Positions 33,441 to 41,387 of a stretch of DNA of 64,000 bases are shown here, piece by piece. Within the stretch, counting starts at the first letter, position 1. The number at the start of each line of letters is the position of its first letter. Where the stretch lies: the IMG/VR virus record IMGVR_UViG_3300045999_011383; one strand, given 5' to 3'. The notes beneath the pieces were generated by a model. The model was not told the DNA's origin. It saw only the letters and a list, made by a program, of their open reading frames with translations, and made no database searches. The DNA comes from a virus. The position numbers and the translations under genes were made by a program.

Positions 33441-33959
33441 ATGACTAAGCTAACATTTGGAAAACACAAAAATGAAGATATTGCTAACGTTCCCACAGAG
33501 TATCTAGAGTGGGGAAAGTCAAAGCTAGACTCTCCTAAGTGGAGAGAAGCTTTTGCTTCAGAGATCAAAAGAAGGCGGGATGAAGAAAAAGAGAAAAAAG
33601 CTTACATTAAGGCTAATATTAATACACAAGAGGTTTTAAACCTCTTATACGAAGAGGCGGAAAAAGAACTCTTCCTTGGCGATGATGAAGATGAAGTTAT
33701 GAGAATAACATCCAAGGATGTACAGCGTTTATTCACGGAAAAAGTTAACCGCGTAAAAGCGGAAATAGAACTGGAAAAATTAGATGCTCAGTTTTGCTCC
33801 AAATGGGGCATTACGGAAAAGCAGTTAAATCTAATACATGACTTATCCTTTCATGATGAGTTGACCCCCAACAGATTTTCTACCACTGAAAAATATGAGT
33901 CTGCTTGCGAGTATCTACAGGCACGGGAAGACCTGCTAGGAATTATGTGGAGTTTGTAA
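33441..33959 (+). CDS. hypothetical protein (DUF3820-like N-terminus)
   Basis: MTKLTFGKHKNEDIANVPTEYLEWG matches, from memory, the FGK(Y/H)KG..PxxYLxW pattern. Confidence 0.45.
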   Translation: MTKLTFGKHKNEDIANVPTEYLEWGKSKLDSPKWREAFASEIKRRRDEEKEKKAYIKANINTQEVLNLLYEEAEKELFLGDDEDEVMRITSKDVQRLFTEKVNRVKAEIELEKLDAQFCSKWGITEKQLNLIHDLSFHDELTPNRFSTTEKYESACEYLQAREDLLGIMWSL

Positions 33960-34048
33960 AAAGTTCCACATAATTTAATTACTAGCAAATAAGCCAGTTC
34001 CTAGCTGGTTTATGACACAGAAATCAGCTAAAAAATGGATAGACAACC

Positions 34049-34552
34049 GTGCAATTTAAGTCGTTAACATATAAAGCAGTTCATGCCTACACAAGTTACA
34101 ACAAGCTTTCAATTACAGAAGCAGATAGGATAGCTTCTGTAAATTTCAATGATATCCCTGATGTCATTGAGACAGACTTAGGCAATATCTATATTGCCGA
34201 TGATGTCTATATAATAGACGCTTGCGAAAACCCAGGAAAGACCTGGAATCACAACAAAAAAAGTGATTGGTACACGCACGTACCAACCGGGGTTAAAGTA
34301 AAAAAAGAGAGTAAAAAGTCCCCTAACTACAACAAACCCAACGGAGAAGGGGTTTGTGAGACAACCCTAACGGTCAAAATTCCGTTACCCTCCAAGAGAG
34401 GGCAGAACCCCAACTCTCATCATAATCGGACCAAGACGGGAAATATCTCCCGTAGCATCAGATTATCCGCAGAGGAATGGGAACTCCTGGGACTACTGGG
34501 AAATGGCAGTCACTCCCAGGGAATCAGAAACATCTTAAATTCCCGCAACTAA
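34049..34552 (+). CDS. hypothetical protein
   Basis: 167-aa ORF with a possible RHH-like C-terminus. Confidence 0.45.
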   Translation: MQFKSLTYKAVHAYTSYNKLSITEADRIASVNFNDIPDVIETDLGNIYIADDVYIIDACENPGKTWNHNKKSDWYTHVPTGVKVKKESKKSPNYNKPNGEGVCETTLTVKIPLPSKRGQNPNSHHNRTKTGNISRSIRLSAEEWELLGLLGNGSHSQGIRNILNSRN

Positions 34553-34559
34553 CTCAAAA

Positions 34560-34589
34560 CCCTGTAAGTCAATTACAGGGTTTTATTTT
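34560..34589 (+). terminator. rho-independent terminator
   Basis: CCCTGTAA-5 nt-TTACAGGG stem followed by TTTTATTTT. Confidence 0.65.
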
Positions 34590-34597
34590 GTCCTTAA

Positions 34598-34789
34598 TCA
34601 ATCGTGCCGTTGACAAGTTTTTAACGCAAATGCGTTGTTTCAGCCGCGTTTCTAGCAGTGTCAATCGTGCCGAATAATGATTCTACCATTATCAATCGTG
34701 CCGTTTGTTCCTGGGGATTTTAAGAAGGGTAGCGTGAACCTATTGCTGTACAAGGGTTTTAGCCAGTGACAAGTGAACGGCACGATTGA
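34598..34789. promoter_or_regulatory. cluster of four TCAATCGTGCCG 12-mers (3 direct, 1 inverted)
   Basis: Exact copies at 34598, 34661 and 34692 on the plus strand and 34778..34789 on the minus strand, within a non-coding stretch. Confidence 0.5.
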
Positions 34790-34841
34790 ATCATGAAATC
34801 AAAAGTGCCTGTTTTTGGGGTTTTTGAGTTCTTATTCCCAT

Positions 34842-34878
34842 AAAAAACGCGATCGCTCAACAGAAAAGCGATCGCGTT
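34842..34878 (-). terminator. rho-independent terminator built from two HIP1 sites
   Basis: AACGCGATCGCT-9 nt-AGCGATCGCGTT stem of 12 bp. On the minus strand it is followed by TTTTTT. It lies downstream of the 35021 stop. Confidence 0.65.
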
Positions 34879-35020
34879 AAAGGTGTTTTCAGAAGGTACT
34901 ACTAGTATAGCAAATTAGTTCAGTGGTTGCCCAGTCAGTTCTTTGTGGTATGCTATATATGAGGTGAACGCTGACTTCATGTCATGTGCTTAAACAACTT
35001 TTGTTTGTTTAAGCCTAGCC

Positions 35021-35686
35021 TCATGGCTTATGAATTAATGTTGACGCTGAACAATCTTTCCCTAATTTAATATCAAAGATAGCGTCGTAGCATTGCCGAC
35101 CGCTGTTCATGACTGGTTTTCCGTTCTTAAACTGCGGAACACCTTGGATTGTTTTTTGGCACTTACTCATAGGAATACCTTCCTTAAGGTAATCCACTCT
35201 ATCCGCGATCGGATAGATGTGACGAATATGTGCGTTCAAAGATTCCCAAGCTTTAGCTCTTCCTTGAGAGCAATTCCAATCCAGTGGCATTAGAAATAGT
35301 AGTCGGGAATTGGGGCTATTATTAAGTAGTTCCAAGGATTTAGCAACTGCTTCAACACACAGAGAAAAAGGCGGGTTAGTGATGATAAGGTCGCATCCCC
35401 ATATAGAGACATCCTTAAAAAAATCACCATTTACCCATGTAGCTGACTTGGCTTTTTCTTTCCCTTGCAAGAATCGGGAATACTTGATTTCTATACATTC
35501 TATTGAGCGATCGCTCGGTAGGTATTTAGCTATCTGCCCAGAACCAGCAAAGGGTTCTAGTATTTGTTTGTCCGTGGGTAAGACCAGTCTAGACATAGCG
35601 ACAGCAAGCCAGTCAGGTGTCTCATAGTCGTCGTTTGTGAAGTCACTCGTGGTGACTTGTTCTTGAAAAAGTGCTAATTGGTTCAT
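35021..35686 (-). CDS. N6-adenine DNA methyltransferase with N-terminal clamp-binding-like motif
   Basis: Motif I EPFAGSG lies before motif IV ITNPPFS. The protein starts MNQLALFQ. Confidence 0.8.
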   Translation of the reverse strand: MNQLALFQEQVTTSDFTNDDYETPDWLAVAMSRLVLPTDKQILEPFAGSGQIAKYLPSDRSIECIEIKYSRFLQGKEKAKSATWVNGDFFKDVSIWGCDLIITNPPFSLCVEAVAKSLELLNNSPNSRLLFLMPLDWNCSQGRAKAWESLNAHIRHIYPIADRVDYLKEGIPMSKCQKTIQGVPQFKNGKPVMNSGRQCYDAIFDIKLGKDCSASTLIHKP

Positions 35687-35825
35687 AGTAAAAAAAGCAG
35701 TTTAATGACGTGCTTAGGTCAAAAGTTATTTATTAAAGTCCACTCAAAAAACTCAATCTTGAGTGTTACAGGCTGCCTAAGCAGCTTGTATTCAAAGGCG
35801 GATCATGAGAGATCCGCGTTTTCAA

Positions 35826-36056
35826 CTAAAAAACATCAACTACAGGATTACCCCTGCCCCAGCGGGCTGACCAGGAAAGCCCCGACCAAGTAGTGACACG
35901 GGTAATTTTCCCGTTCTCTACTTTAATACTTGCTTGCTCTGTGGGTATTTCCCCAAAGTGAAATACGTCACTCTCAGGAAACTCAGTCCCTATCAAGGTA
36001 CGAAGTGCTTCAGCACTCTTCCAGTTAGCAATTATGAATTGTTTAATATCGTCCAT
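35826..36056 (-). CDS. hypothetical protein
   Basis: ATG at 36056 preceded by AGGAGA. The ORF-track GTG start at 36167 would translate through the intergenic repeat. Confidence 0.5.
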   Translation of the reverse strand: MDDIKQFIIANWKSAEALRTLIGTEFPESDVFHFGEIPTEQASIKVENGKITRVTTWSGLSWSARWGRGNPVVDVF

Positions 36057-36079
36057 GTCTGTCTCCTGTGGGGTGTAAT

Positions 36080-36149
36080 GTAAATTTGGCTTCCCACTAC
36101 TACCAAGGGGTAGTTTCGGACGGTAGCCAGCCGTCCTCGTCAGGTGGGG
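36080..36149 (-). repeat. 70-bp intergenic repeat, copy A
   Basis: GTAAATTTGGCTTCCCACTACTACCAAGGGGTAGTTTCGGACGGTAGCCAGCCGTCCTCGTCAGGTGGGG, about 90 percent identical to 36497..36567. Confidence 0.7.
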
Positions 36150-36150
36150 A

Positions 36151-36387
36151 TTAAAAGTGTTTAACACCCCTTCTTTTTCTGACTTTTTCTACATCGCTGT
36201 AGAAAGACTCTCTAGCATCAAAACTAACACGATTACTGCGGGCAAAAGCCGCAGCTTTTGCAGGACAGTTGAAGAAGTGAAAAGAACAACAGCGTTCCTT
36301 GTTTGCGTCAAGGTACTCAATTTGGATCTCCCAAAATTTTTGCTCTGGAGTTTTGTCCAAGTAGCTCGGTCTTTCTAATGCTTTCAT
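36151..36387 (-). CDS. hypothetical protein
   Basis: 78-aa ORF. Confidence 0.5.
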   Translation of the reverse strand: MKALERPSYLDKTPEQKFWEIQIEYLDANKERCCSFHFFNCPAKAAAFARSNRVSFDARESFYSDVEKVRKRRGVKHF

Positions 36388-36496
36388 GATTGTCTCCCTG
36401 TTGTTCTTTGATATTTCTATCTTATTCTATAAAGAAACAATTGTCAATACTGAAATTAGAATTATTTTATTTGACAAGTGTTTTTATTATAGTGGG

Positions 36497-36567
36497 GTAA
36501 ATTTGGCTTCCCACTACTACCAGGGTGGTAGTTTCGTCCGGTAGCCAGCCGTCCTCGTCAGGCGGGG
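36497..36567 (-). repeat. 70-bp intergenic repeat, copy B
   Basis: Lies immediately after the stop of the 409-aa gene. Confidence 0.7.
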
Positions 36568-37797
36568 TTAGGCTGTTTGCAGCCACTTCTCGAAAGACTT
36601 GATTGGGAAGCCTTTCTTCTGTTGAAGAATTTTGTACTCTTGATATTGCTCTTTTTGAGCAGCAAGCAGTTCACCTACTCGCTTGCGTTCAGCTAACAGG
36701 CTGTTTATGTGGTTCATGACTACATCCCGGTTTGAACCCAAAGATTTAGATTCGCGGGTACGTTCAGCCAACCCACGAGTACGGTCTTCGCATTGCTGCC
36801 ACGCTGTTCCGTCTTGGCTATCCCACCAGAAAGAGTAGATGTAATCATCGCCAACCCAGAAACGATTAACACTACCCTTGGAATCAACTTCTTTTTGAAA
36901 CCAATCAGGCATGGGTGTAGCCAGTTTAGCAGCTTCTTCAGCTGCTATTTTTGCCAGTCTATCCTGCTCCCAACGAGCGCGGATAGACTCTATCTTGAAT
37001 ACTAAGTCTGCAAAAGAAAGATTTTCGCGCTTACAATAGTCGCGCACATACCCTTGCATTGATGCAAGGATTTGTTCTTCAGTGTTAATCCGAAGAAGAT
37101 CAACCTTTTCTTCACACCACAGAGTACGCCCATCTGCATGGGCGTACTCCCAGACGGTATAGTAGGTTTTATCTGAGTAGATGTCCCCTGAAAAACTTAG
37201 GGACTGATTGTAAGTTGATTTAGTTTTTTCCTTTCCTGTGGGAACAAAGGTTTCCCCCCAGTATTTTCTGGGGAGGTTATGGCAGTAGATGTCTACTGCC
37301 GCTTCAAGTGACTTTTGATTAAACATAGCGCACGGTGCGGCGCTATGATGATACTTATGCCAGTCGTCTAAACAGGTCAAACCTGCTTGGATTTCTTTTA
37401 GCAGAGGATCAGTGGTTAGTGTTTCCTGGACTTCATCCCAGGAGACACATTGCCACAGTCTGTCAGAATCGCTATCAATATCGCCATAGATAGCGACTTC
37501 TAAGTCGTACCAATCCAAATCTTCTGGATTGGTGTCTACTTGAATAATGTCTATTAATCCAGAGGTGTTTAGAACTCCATTTAAGATTACAGCTAATTTT
37601 TTTTGAATTTCAGGATGAAGTTCTGTAACGTTAATTTTAAACATTTTTGTCTCCTCTTGTACCTGTTCCTGTTCCTCTAATTGAGCGTCAATACTGATTA
37701 ACTCATCTACCCAGCGGTAGATGTTTTGCTGACCTCTCCCGACGCGGGAGATCAAATTTACTAGCACTTCTCTTCTTTTTAGCAAGTCCATGTCCAT
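36568..37797 (-). CDS. hypothetical protein
   Basis: 409-aa ORF. GGAGGG lies upstream of the ATG. Confidence 0.55.
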   Translation of the reverse strand: MDMDLLKRREVLVNLISRVGRGQQNIYRWVDELISIDAQLEEQEQVQEETKMFKINVTELHPEIQKKLAVILNGVLNTSGLIDIIQVDTNPEDLDWYDLEVAIYGDIDSDSDRLWQCVSWDEVQETLTTDPLLKEIQAGLTCLDDWHKYHHSAAPCAMFNQKSLEAAVDIYCHNLPRKYWGETFVPTGKEKTKSTYNQSLSFSGDIYSDKTYYTVWEYAHADGRTLWCEEKVDLLRINTEEQILASMQGYVRDYCKRENLSFADLVFKIESIRARWEQDRLAKIAAEEAAKLATPMPDWFQKEVDSKGSVNRFWVGDDYIYSFWWDSQDGTAWQQCEDRTRGLAERTRESKSLGSNRDVVMNHINSLLAERKRVGELLAAQKEQYQEYKILQQKKGFPIKSFEKWLQTA

Positions 37798-37829
37798 AAC
37801 CCTCCCGCGTCGTCTGTTTCTATATTTCC

Positions 37830-37858
37830 ATTATGTATGGATAGAATTATTTTGTCAA
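37830..37858 (-). promoter_or_regulatory. near-consensus sigma70 promoter overlapping the stop codon of the upstream small gene
   Basis: On the minus strand: TTGACA, 17 nt, CATAAT. The TGA stop of 37855..38061 lies inside the -35 hexamer. Confidence 0.55.
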
Positions 37859-38061
37859 GTCTTTTCCAAAACTTTTTTTTCGCTTTCCAGAAAAGCAGCC
37901 ATACCCCTTGCTACGTCTGGGTTTCGGGCGAGCCTCTCAATTAGCTCACCAAAGGCTATACATAAATGGTCGGCATAGCATTGATATACACATTTAGCTG
38001 TCGGGGTAAGCCTAAGCGTAAGTTTTGCCTTGTTTTTAGCGTAGTCTGATTGTCGTGCCAT
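37855..38061 (-). CDS. small regulator-like protein, member of a 3-copy family
   Basis: 68 aa. ARNPDVARGMAAFLESEKKVLEKT aligns with the 44082 and 41056 proteins. Confidence 0.55.
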   Translation of the reverse strand: MARQSDYAKNKAKLTLRLTPTAKCVYQCYADHLCIAFGELIERLARNPDVARGMAAFLESEKKVLEKT

Positions 38062-38069
38062 AGTCTTCC

Positions 38070-38387
38070 TTAATTGTTGGTGTCCATCAATTCTATCATT
38101 ACATTATCTTGCTTACTGCTCAAATATTCAGCATACTTGGCAGTTGTTAAAGAGATTAAGCGTTGCTGCTCTATGAGTGGTAGTCCCAAGACCAAATATT
38201 GATCCAACTCAAAACCAGGACGGCAGCCCAAAGCCAAGCATAACTCTATGTATTTCTCTAATCCTGGAGATACCTTACCTGACTGCCATTCACTAAGCGT
38301 GCCTTGAGACACGCCGGATAACTTTGCGGCTTTATTTGTGCTTTGAGCGCGTTTGCATATACTAGTAATCAATGCGCCTAAGTTCAT
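38070..38387 (-). CDS. XRE/Cro-C1-type HTH regulator
   Basis: AAKLSGVSQGTLSEWQSGKVSPGLEKYIELCLALG. Confidence 0.7.
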   Translation of the reverse strand: MNLGALITSICKRAQSTNKAAKLSGVSQGTLSEWQSGKVSPGLEKYIELCLALGCRPGFELDQYLVLGLPLIEQQRLISLTTAKYAEYLSSKQDNVMIELMDTNN

Positions 38388-38995
38388 AACAACCTGATGT
38401 AGAAATCATCTCCACTGGCAATATCTATGAAGTTGTAGATATCCAGTACGCTACCAGTATTGTCCTCAAAGAGTTCAGTATCAGCGATCGCTTCTAAGGT
38501 ATTGAAACTAGGAATAACCCGACCACTTTCAATAGTCCAAATGGTTCTAGAAATCAAGGAAAAATCTTGAGAAGAACACATATCTGCTAATACTTGCTTA
38601 GTGATTCCCCTCTTTTCCCTAGTGGATTTAATCAATCCCCCTAGTCTGTACAACCCGTCCCTGACCCATCTTTTTCTTTGCTTGGGTACGGGAAAATCAG
38701 CGTAAGGTGTTTGGCTAATAATATCTATGCACTCATAAATGCCTAAGAGCCTACCTGAATCATCACGAAGTAAACCTGATGCTGCTATGGCTTCTATTAG
38801 GTTATACGCAGGACAAGTTTTCCCTTGTTCCATCTGCTTTAGCGCGGTGTAACTAACCGCAAAAAACTTGTCAGAACATATCTGCGAGAAGTACCGCAGA
38901 CTCATTTTTGCATCCTGGCGAGAACGTTTGACCATTGCTCCCAGTTTGGCCATTCCCTCTTTTGTCCATTTTTTTCTGTACCCTGTTCTGTTCAT
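38384..38995 (-). CDS. tandem double-HTH repressor-like protein
   Basis: Two XRE-like halves (SYTALKQMEQGKTCPAYNLIEAIAASGLL and ISRTIWTIESGRVIPSFNTLEAIADTELF). Confidence 0.6.
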   Translation of the reverse strand: MNRTGYRKKWTKEGMAKLGAMVKRSRQDAKMSLRYFSQICSDKFFAVSYTALKQMEQGKTCPAYNLIEAIAASGLLRDDSGRLLGIYECIDIISQTPYADFPVPKQRKRWVRDGLYRLGGLIKSTREKRGITKQVLADMCSSQDFSLISRTIWTIESGRVIPSFNTLEAIADTELFEDNTGSVLDIYNFIDIASGDDFYIRLL

Positions 38996-39052
38996 AATTT
39001 TTACCGTTCACATATTCACACAAAAATATCATAAATTTTTGTAATTCTCTTA

Positions 39053-39092
39053 TGTATCACAAGATATTATGGTATTATGATATCGTGATACA
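39053..39092. promoter_or_regulatory. operator-like inverted repeat in the divergent switch region
   Basis: TGTATCAC, 24 nt, GTGATACA. The spacer carries two TATTAT boxes. It lies 14 nt upstream of the ATG at 39106. Confidence 0.5.
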
Positions 39093-39105
39093 CGAATAAG
39101 GAGAA

Positions 39106-39297
39106 ATGAATTTAATAAAAATCAAAGCTAGAGACAAACGACAGATTAGGATTGACCCTAAGTTGCACCAAAGAATTAAGATTTTAGCCGCAGAACATCA
39201 CACTGAAATAGGTTTGTTGGCTGAAGAATTAATTCTTTTAGGCATAAAAAGTTTGAAAGATGAAAGTACAGGACATGATCAAAAATCATCGTGGTAG
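39106..39297 (+). CDS. ribbon-helix-helix (CopG/Arc-like) protein
   Basis: RQIRIDPKLHQRIKILAAEHHTEIGLLAEELILLGI. Confidence 0.5.
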   Translation: MNLIKIKARDKRQIRIDPKLHQRIKILAAEHHTEIGLLAEELILLGIKSLKDESTGHDQKSSW

Positions 39298-39637
39298 TGG
39301 TCGTTTAGAAGCTTACGCAATGGCTTTCTCAGAAGAGGTTAGTCAATGGTTTCAGGTTGGTTTAAAGTTCTTTGAAAGCGATCGCACTATAGCTAAGATT
39401 GAGTATCTTGATTCAGTAGTAGAGCCAACAATAGAGTTTGATTGTCAAGAGTTGCTTGAAGAATATCCATTGTCTGTTGCCAGCAATAACTACAACGGAA
39501 AAACCATTATTATTCAATTTCCGTATATATGGATTATAAAGCCAAGTGATTCAATTTTTTGGAGTAGTGAAATGGGAAAAAAAGATGCTCAATTCATATT
39601 AAGAAAAACAGGTCGCATTAAGTCAGTATCTAACTAA
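39260..39637 (+). CDS. hypothetical protein
   Basis: 125-aa ORF. The start is uncertain because it overlaps the previous gene. Confidence 0.4.
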   Translation: MKVQDMIKNHRGSGRLEAYAMAFSEEVSQWFQVGLKFFESDRTIAKIEYLDSVVEPTIEFDCQELLEEYPLSVASNNYNGKTIIIQFPYIWIIKPSDSIFWSSEMGKKDAQFILRKTGRIKSVSN

Positions 39638-39889
39638 ATGATACCACCATTAAGATTGCCACCAAAGGATTTTGCTGTACTACCGCGCCCAACTAATCCC
39701 CAACCTTGGGAACGGATATCAAAGCCAGCTTATTGGTTTGGAGACAGGCTAAGAACAAATCTAGGATGGGGGATATGTTCAGGGGTCAAGCGTATAAGTA
39801 CAGGGGATTGGCTTTACTACATTGATCTAGACGACACCTTTTGTCCACATCCGTTTGCAGAATCAGAAATTAAGGAGAAATTAAAATGA
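39638..39889 (+). CDS. hypothetical protein
   Basis: 83-aa ORF that abuts its neighbours. Confidence 0.45.
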   Translation: MIPPLRLPPKDFAVLPRPTNPQPWERISKPAYWFGDRLRTNLGWGICSGVKRISTGDWLYYIDLDDTFCPHPFAESEIKEKLK

Positions 39890-40410
39890 GACAAATTACC
39901 AAAATCAAAGCAAAAAGAAACGATGATACAGAAATGGTGGCAATTACTTACGCCATTTTTAATGAAGATGGTGAGGAGCAAAAAACCGTGACTGTACGTA
40001 GCAAAGAAGAAGCGTCGGACAGTTTTTATCAGGCACTAGACAGCCTAAGAAGCGTTTTGATAGATGCAGTGGGATTAGATGCTGATATTTGGAAAGAAGG
40101 ATTAGTTACTGATTTTGCAATCAAAGATAAAGAGGATTTGGTAAGTCTTGGCATTGGCGGAAAGTGTGAGATACAAGGCAGATTTGTCACTGTTTCCACT
40201 AAAGATGTATTGATTGAGAAATCTGCTTATGAACACAAGATTGTGTCTGCGGTACTAGTTGAAGCTTCTGAATATTTAGATGGTGAACGCAATGGCTGGA
40301 AACAGTCCTCTTTATTCACAATGGAAAACCCAGGCAATAGTGATGAAGACGAAGATGAAGGCGGTGAAGCAGAAGAAGAAAAAGTGGCGGAACTAGCTAT
40401 TGGTTTTTAA
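39886..40410 (+). CDS. hypothetical protein with a strongly acidic tail
   Basis: The C-terminus is WKQSSLFTMENPGNSDEDEDEGGEAEEEKVAELAIGF. Confidence 0.5.
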   Translation: MRQITKIKAKRNDDTEMVAITYAIFNEDGEEQKTVTVRSKEEASDSFYQALDSLRSVLIDAVGLDADIWKEGLVTDFAIKDKEDLVSLGIGGKCEIQGRFVTVSTKDVLIEKSAYEHKIVSAVLVEASEYLDGERNGWKQSSLFTMENPGNSDEDEDEGGEAEEEKVAELAIGF

Positions 40411-40494
40411 TTTCTGCATAAAAAAACTCCGTTGTTTAACGGAGTTTAACGGGATAAACAAAAGGTGCTTACACTTATTATCTTATCAAAAAAA

Positions 40495-40701
40495 ATGGAA
40501 CAAACAACAATCAAAGAAAGTGATTACAAAGTAGGGGATAAAGTTGAGTACAAACACCCTAGCAATGGGTGGCTGAAAGGTATTTTTATTGGTTTCCATA
40601 CCCCAGGATTAGCCCCTCCGGGGTGTAGATGGAGTTTTATAGAGATTCGTATCAACGGGAAAATACACAAGGCTTATTCTTTAAATCAGATTAGAAAATG
40701 A
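40495..40701 (+). CDS. hypothetical protein
   Basis: First ATG (MEQTTIKESDYKVGD) within the 40465 ORF. Confidence 0.45.
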   Translation: MEQTTIKESDYKVGDKVEYKHPSNGWLKGIFIGFHTPGLAPPGCRWSFIEIRINGKIHKAYSLNQIRK

Positions 40702-40925
40702 AAAGCTGTTTAAATTGTACCCTGTCAGGGTTTGTCATCGAGAAGCATGGCGAAATTTACACCTACGAAGGCGACTGCAACGATACTTATTTCCCTCTCA
40801 CGGAAATAATCAAAGTCCTAAAGTGTAAAAAAGATGATAAGCAAGAATTAAAAGATGAGCTAGAACCAATATTTGCAAAAGTCGGAAGCAAGTGCAGGTT
40901 TTACGATCCTGTATCCCAACAATAA
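40698..40925 (+). CDS. hypothetical Cys-containing protein
   Basis: 75-aa ORF with a 4-nt overlap. Confidence 0.45.
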   Translation: MKSCLNCTLSGFVIEKHGEIYTYEGDCNDTYFPLTEIIKVLKCKKDDKQELKDELEPIFAKVGSKCRFYDPVSQQ

Positions 40926-40933
40926 AAGCTAGT

Positions 40934-40960
40934 AGCCACCTAAGCAGGTGGCTTTTGTTT
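40934..40960 (+). terminator. rho-independent terminator
   Basis: AGCCACCT-4 nt-AGGTGGCT stem followed by TTTTGTTT. Confidence 0.65.
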
Positions 40961-41055
40961 GCTCATTTTTACTTAGTATATAAAAATCTTTTATGGTACT
41001 ATTCCCAAGTTACTAGCGATTAAGTTATTATAGTTTTGTTGAAACTCAAAAAATT

Positions 41056-41244
41056 ATGGCAAACAAAAACGCTGTGCCACCTAAATCGGCACAATTTAAA
41101 CCCGGATGGAAATCAGGTAAAACCAAAGCTATTAAAGTTCCAATAGCTTTGGAGAAGGAAATTAGAGCGATCGCTCTAATACTGGACGGAAACCCGGAAA
41201 GCTTCCAAAAAATACTAGAATTTGCCAAAACACTGGCAAAGTAG
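41056..41244 (+). CDS. small regulator-like protein, divergent member of the 3-copy family
   Basis: 62 aa. KVPIALEKEIRAIALILDGNPESFQKILEFAKT. Confidence 0.45.
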   Translation: MANKNAVPPKSAQFKPGWKSGKTKAIKVPIALEKEIRAIALILDGNPESFQKILEFAKTLAK

Positions 41245-41250
41245 TATAAT
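41222..41250 (+). promoter_or_regulatory. sigma70-type promoter overlapping the stop of 41056..41244
   Basis: TTGCCA, 17 nt, TATAAT. The TAG stop lies inside the spacer. Confidence 0.55.
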
Positions 41251-41330
41251 ATATAAAAAGCCACCGCACTGTTGTCAGCAGCACGATGGCAGCCCCTACT
41301 CACGTCTTTATAACTAGGAGCATCTTAATC

Positions 41331-41387
41331 ATGAATCATCTTTTGGTTTTTGTCAATAAACTGTTGCACGCCCGTGGAGGTGTGTAA
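41331..41387 (+). CDS. possible 18-codon leader ORF coupled to the initiator gene
   Basis: MNHLLVFVNKLLHARGGV. Its TAA overlaps the initiator ATG (TAATG), and AGGAG lies upstream. Confidence 0.3.
   Translation: MNHLLVFVNKLLHARGGV

Noticed and set aside
36080-36149. tRNA-like fold of the 70-bp repeat, with a 7-nt loop CUGGCUA carrying U at the position preceding a putative anticodon.
   Set aside because: It has no D-arm and no T-loop consensus, and position 37 is not a purine. Copy B disrupts the anticodon-like stem. I saw no convincing tRNA gene anywhere in the window.
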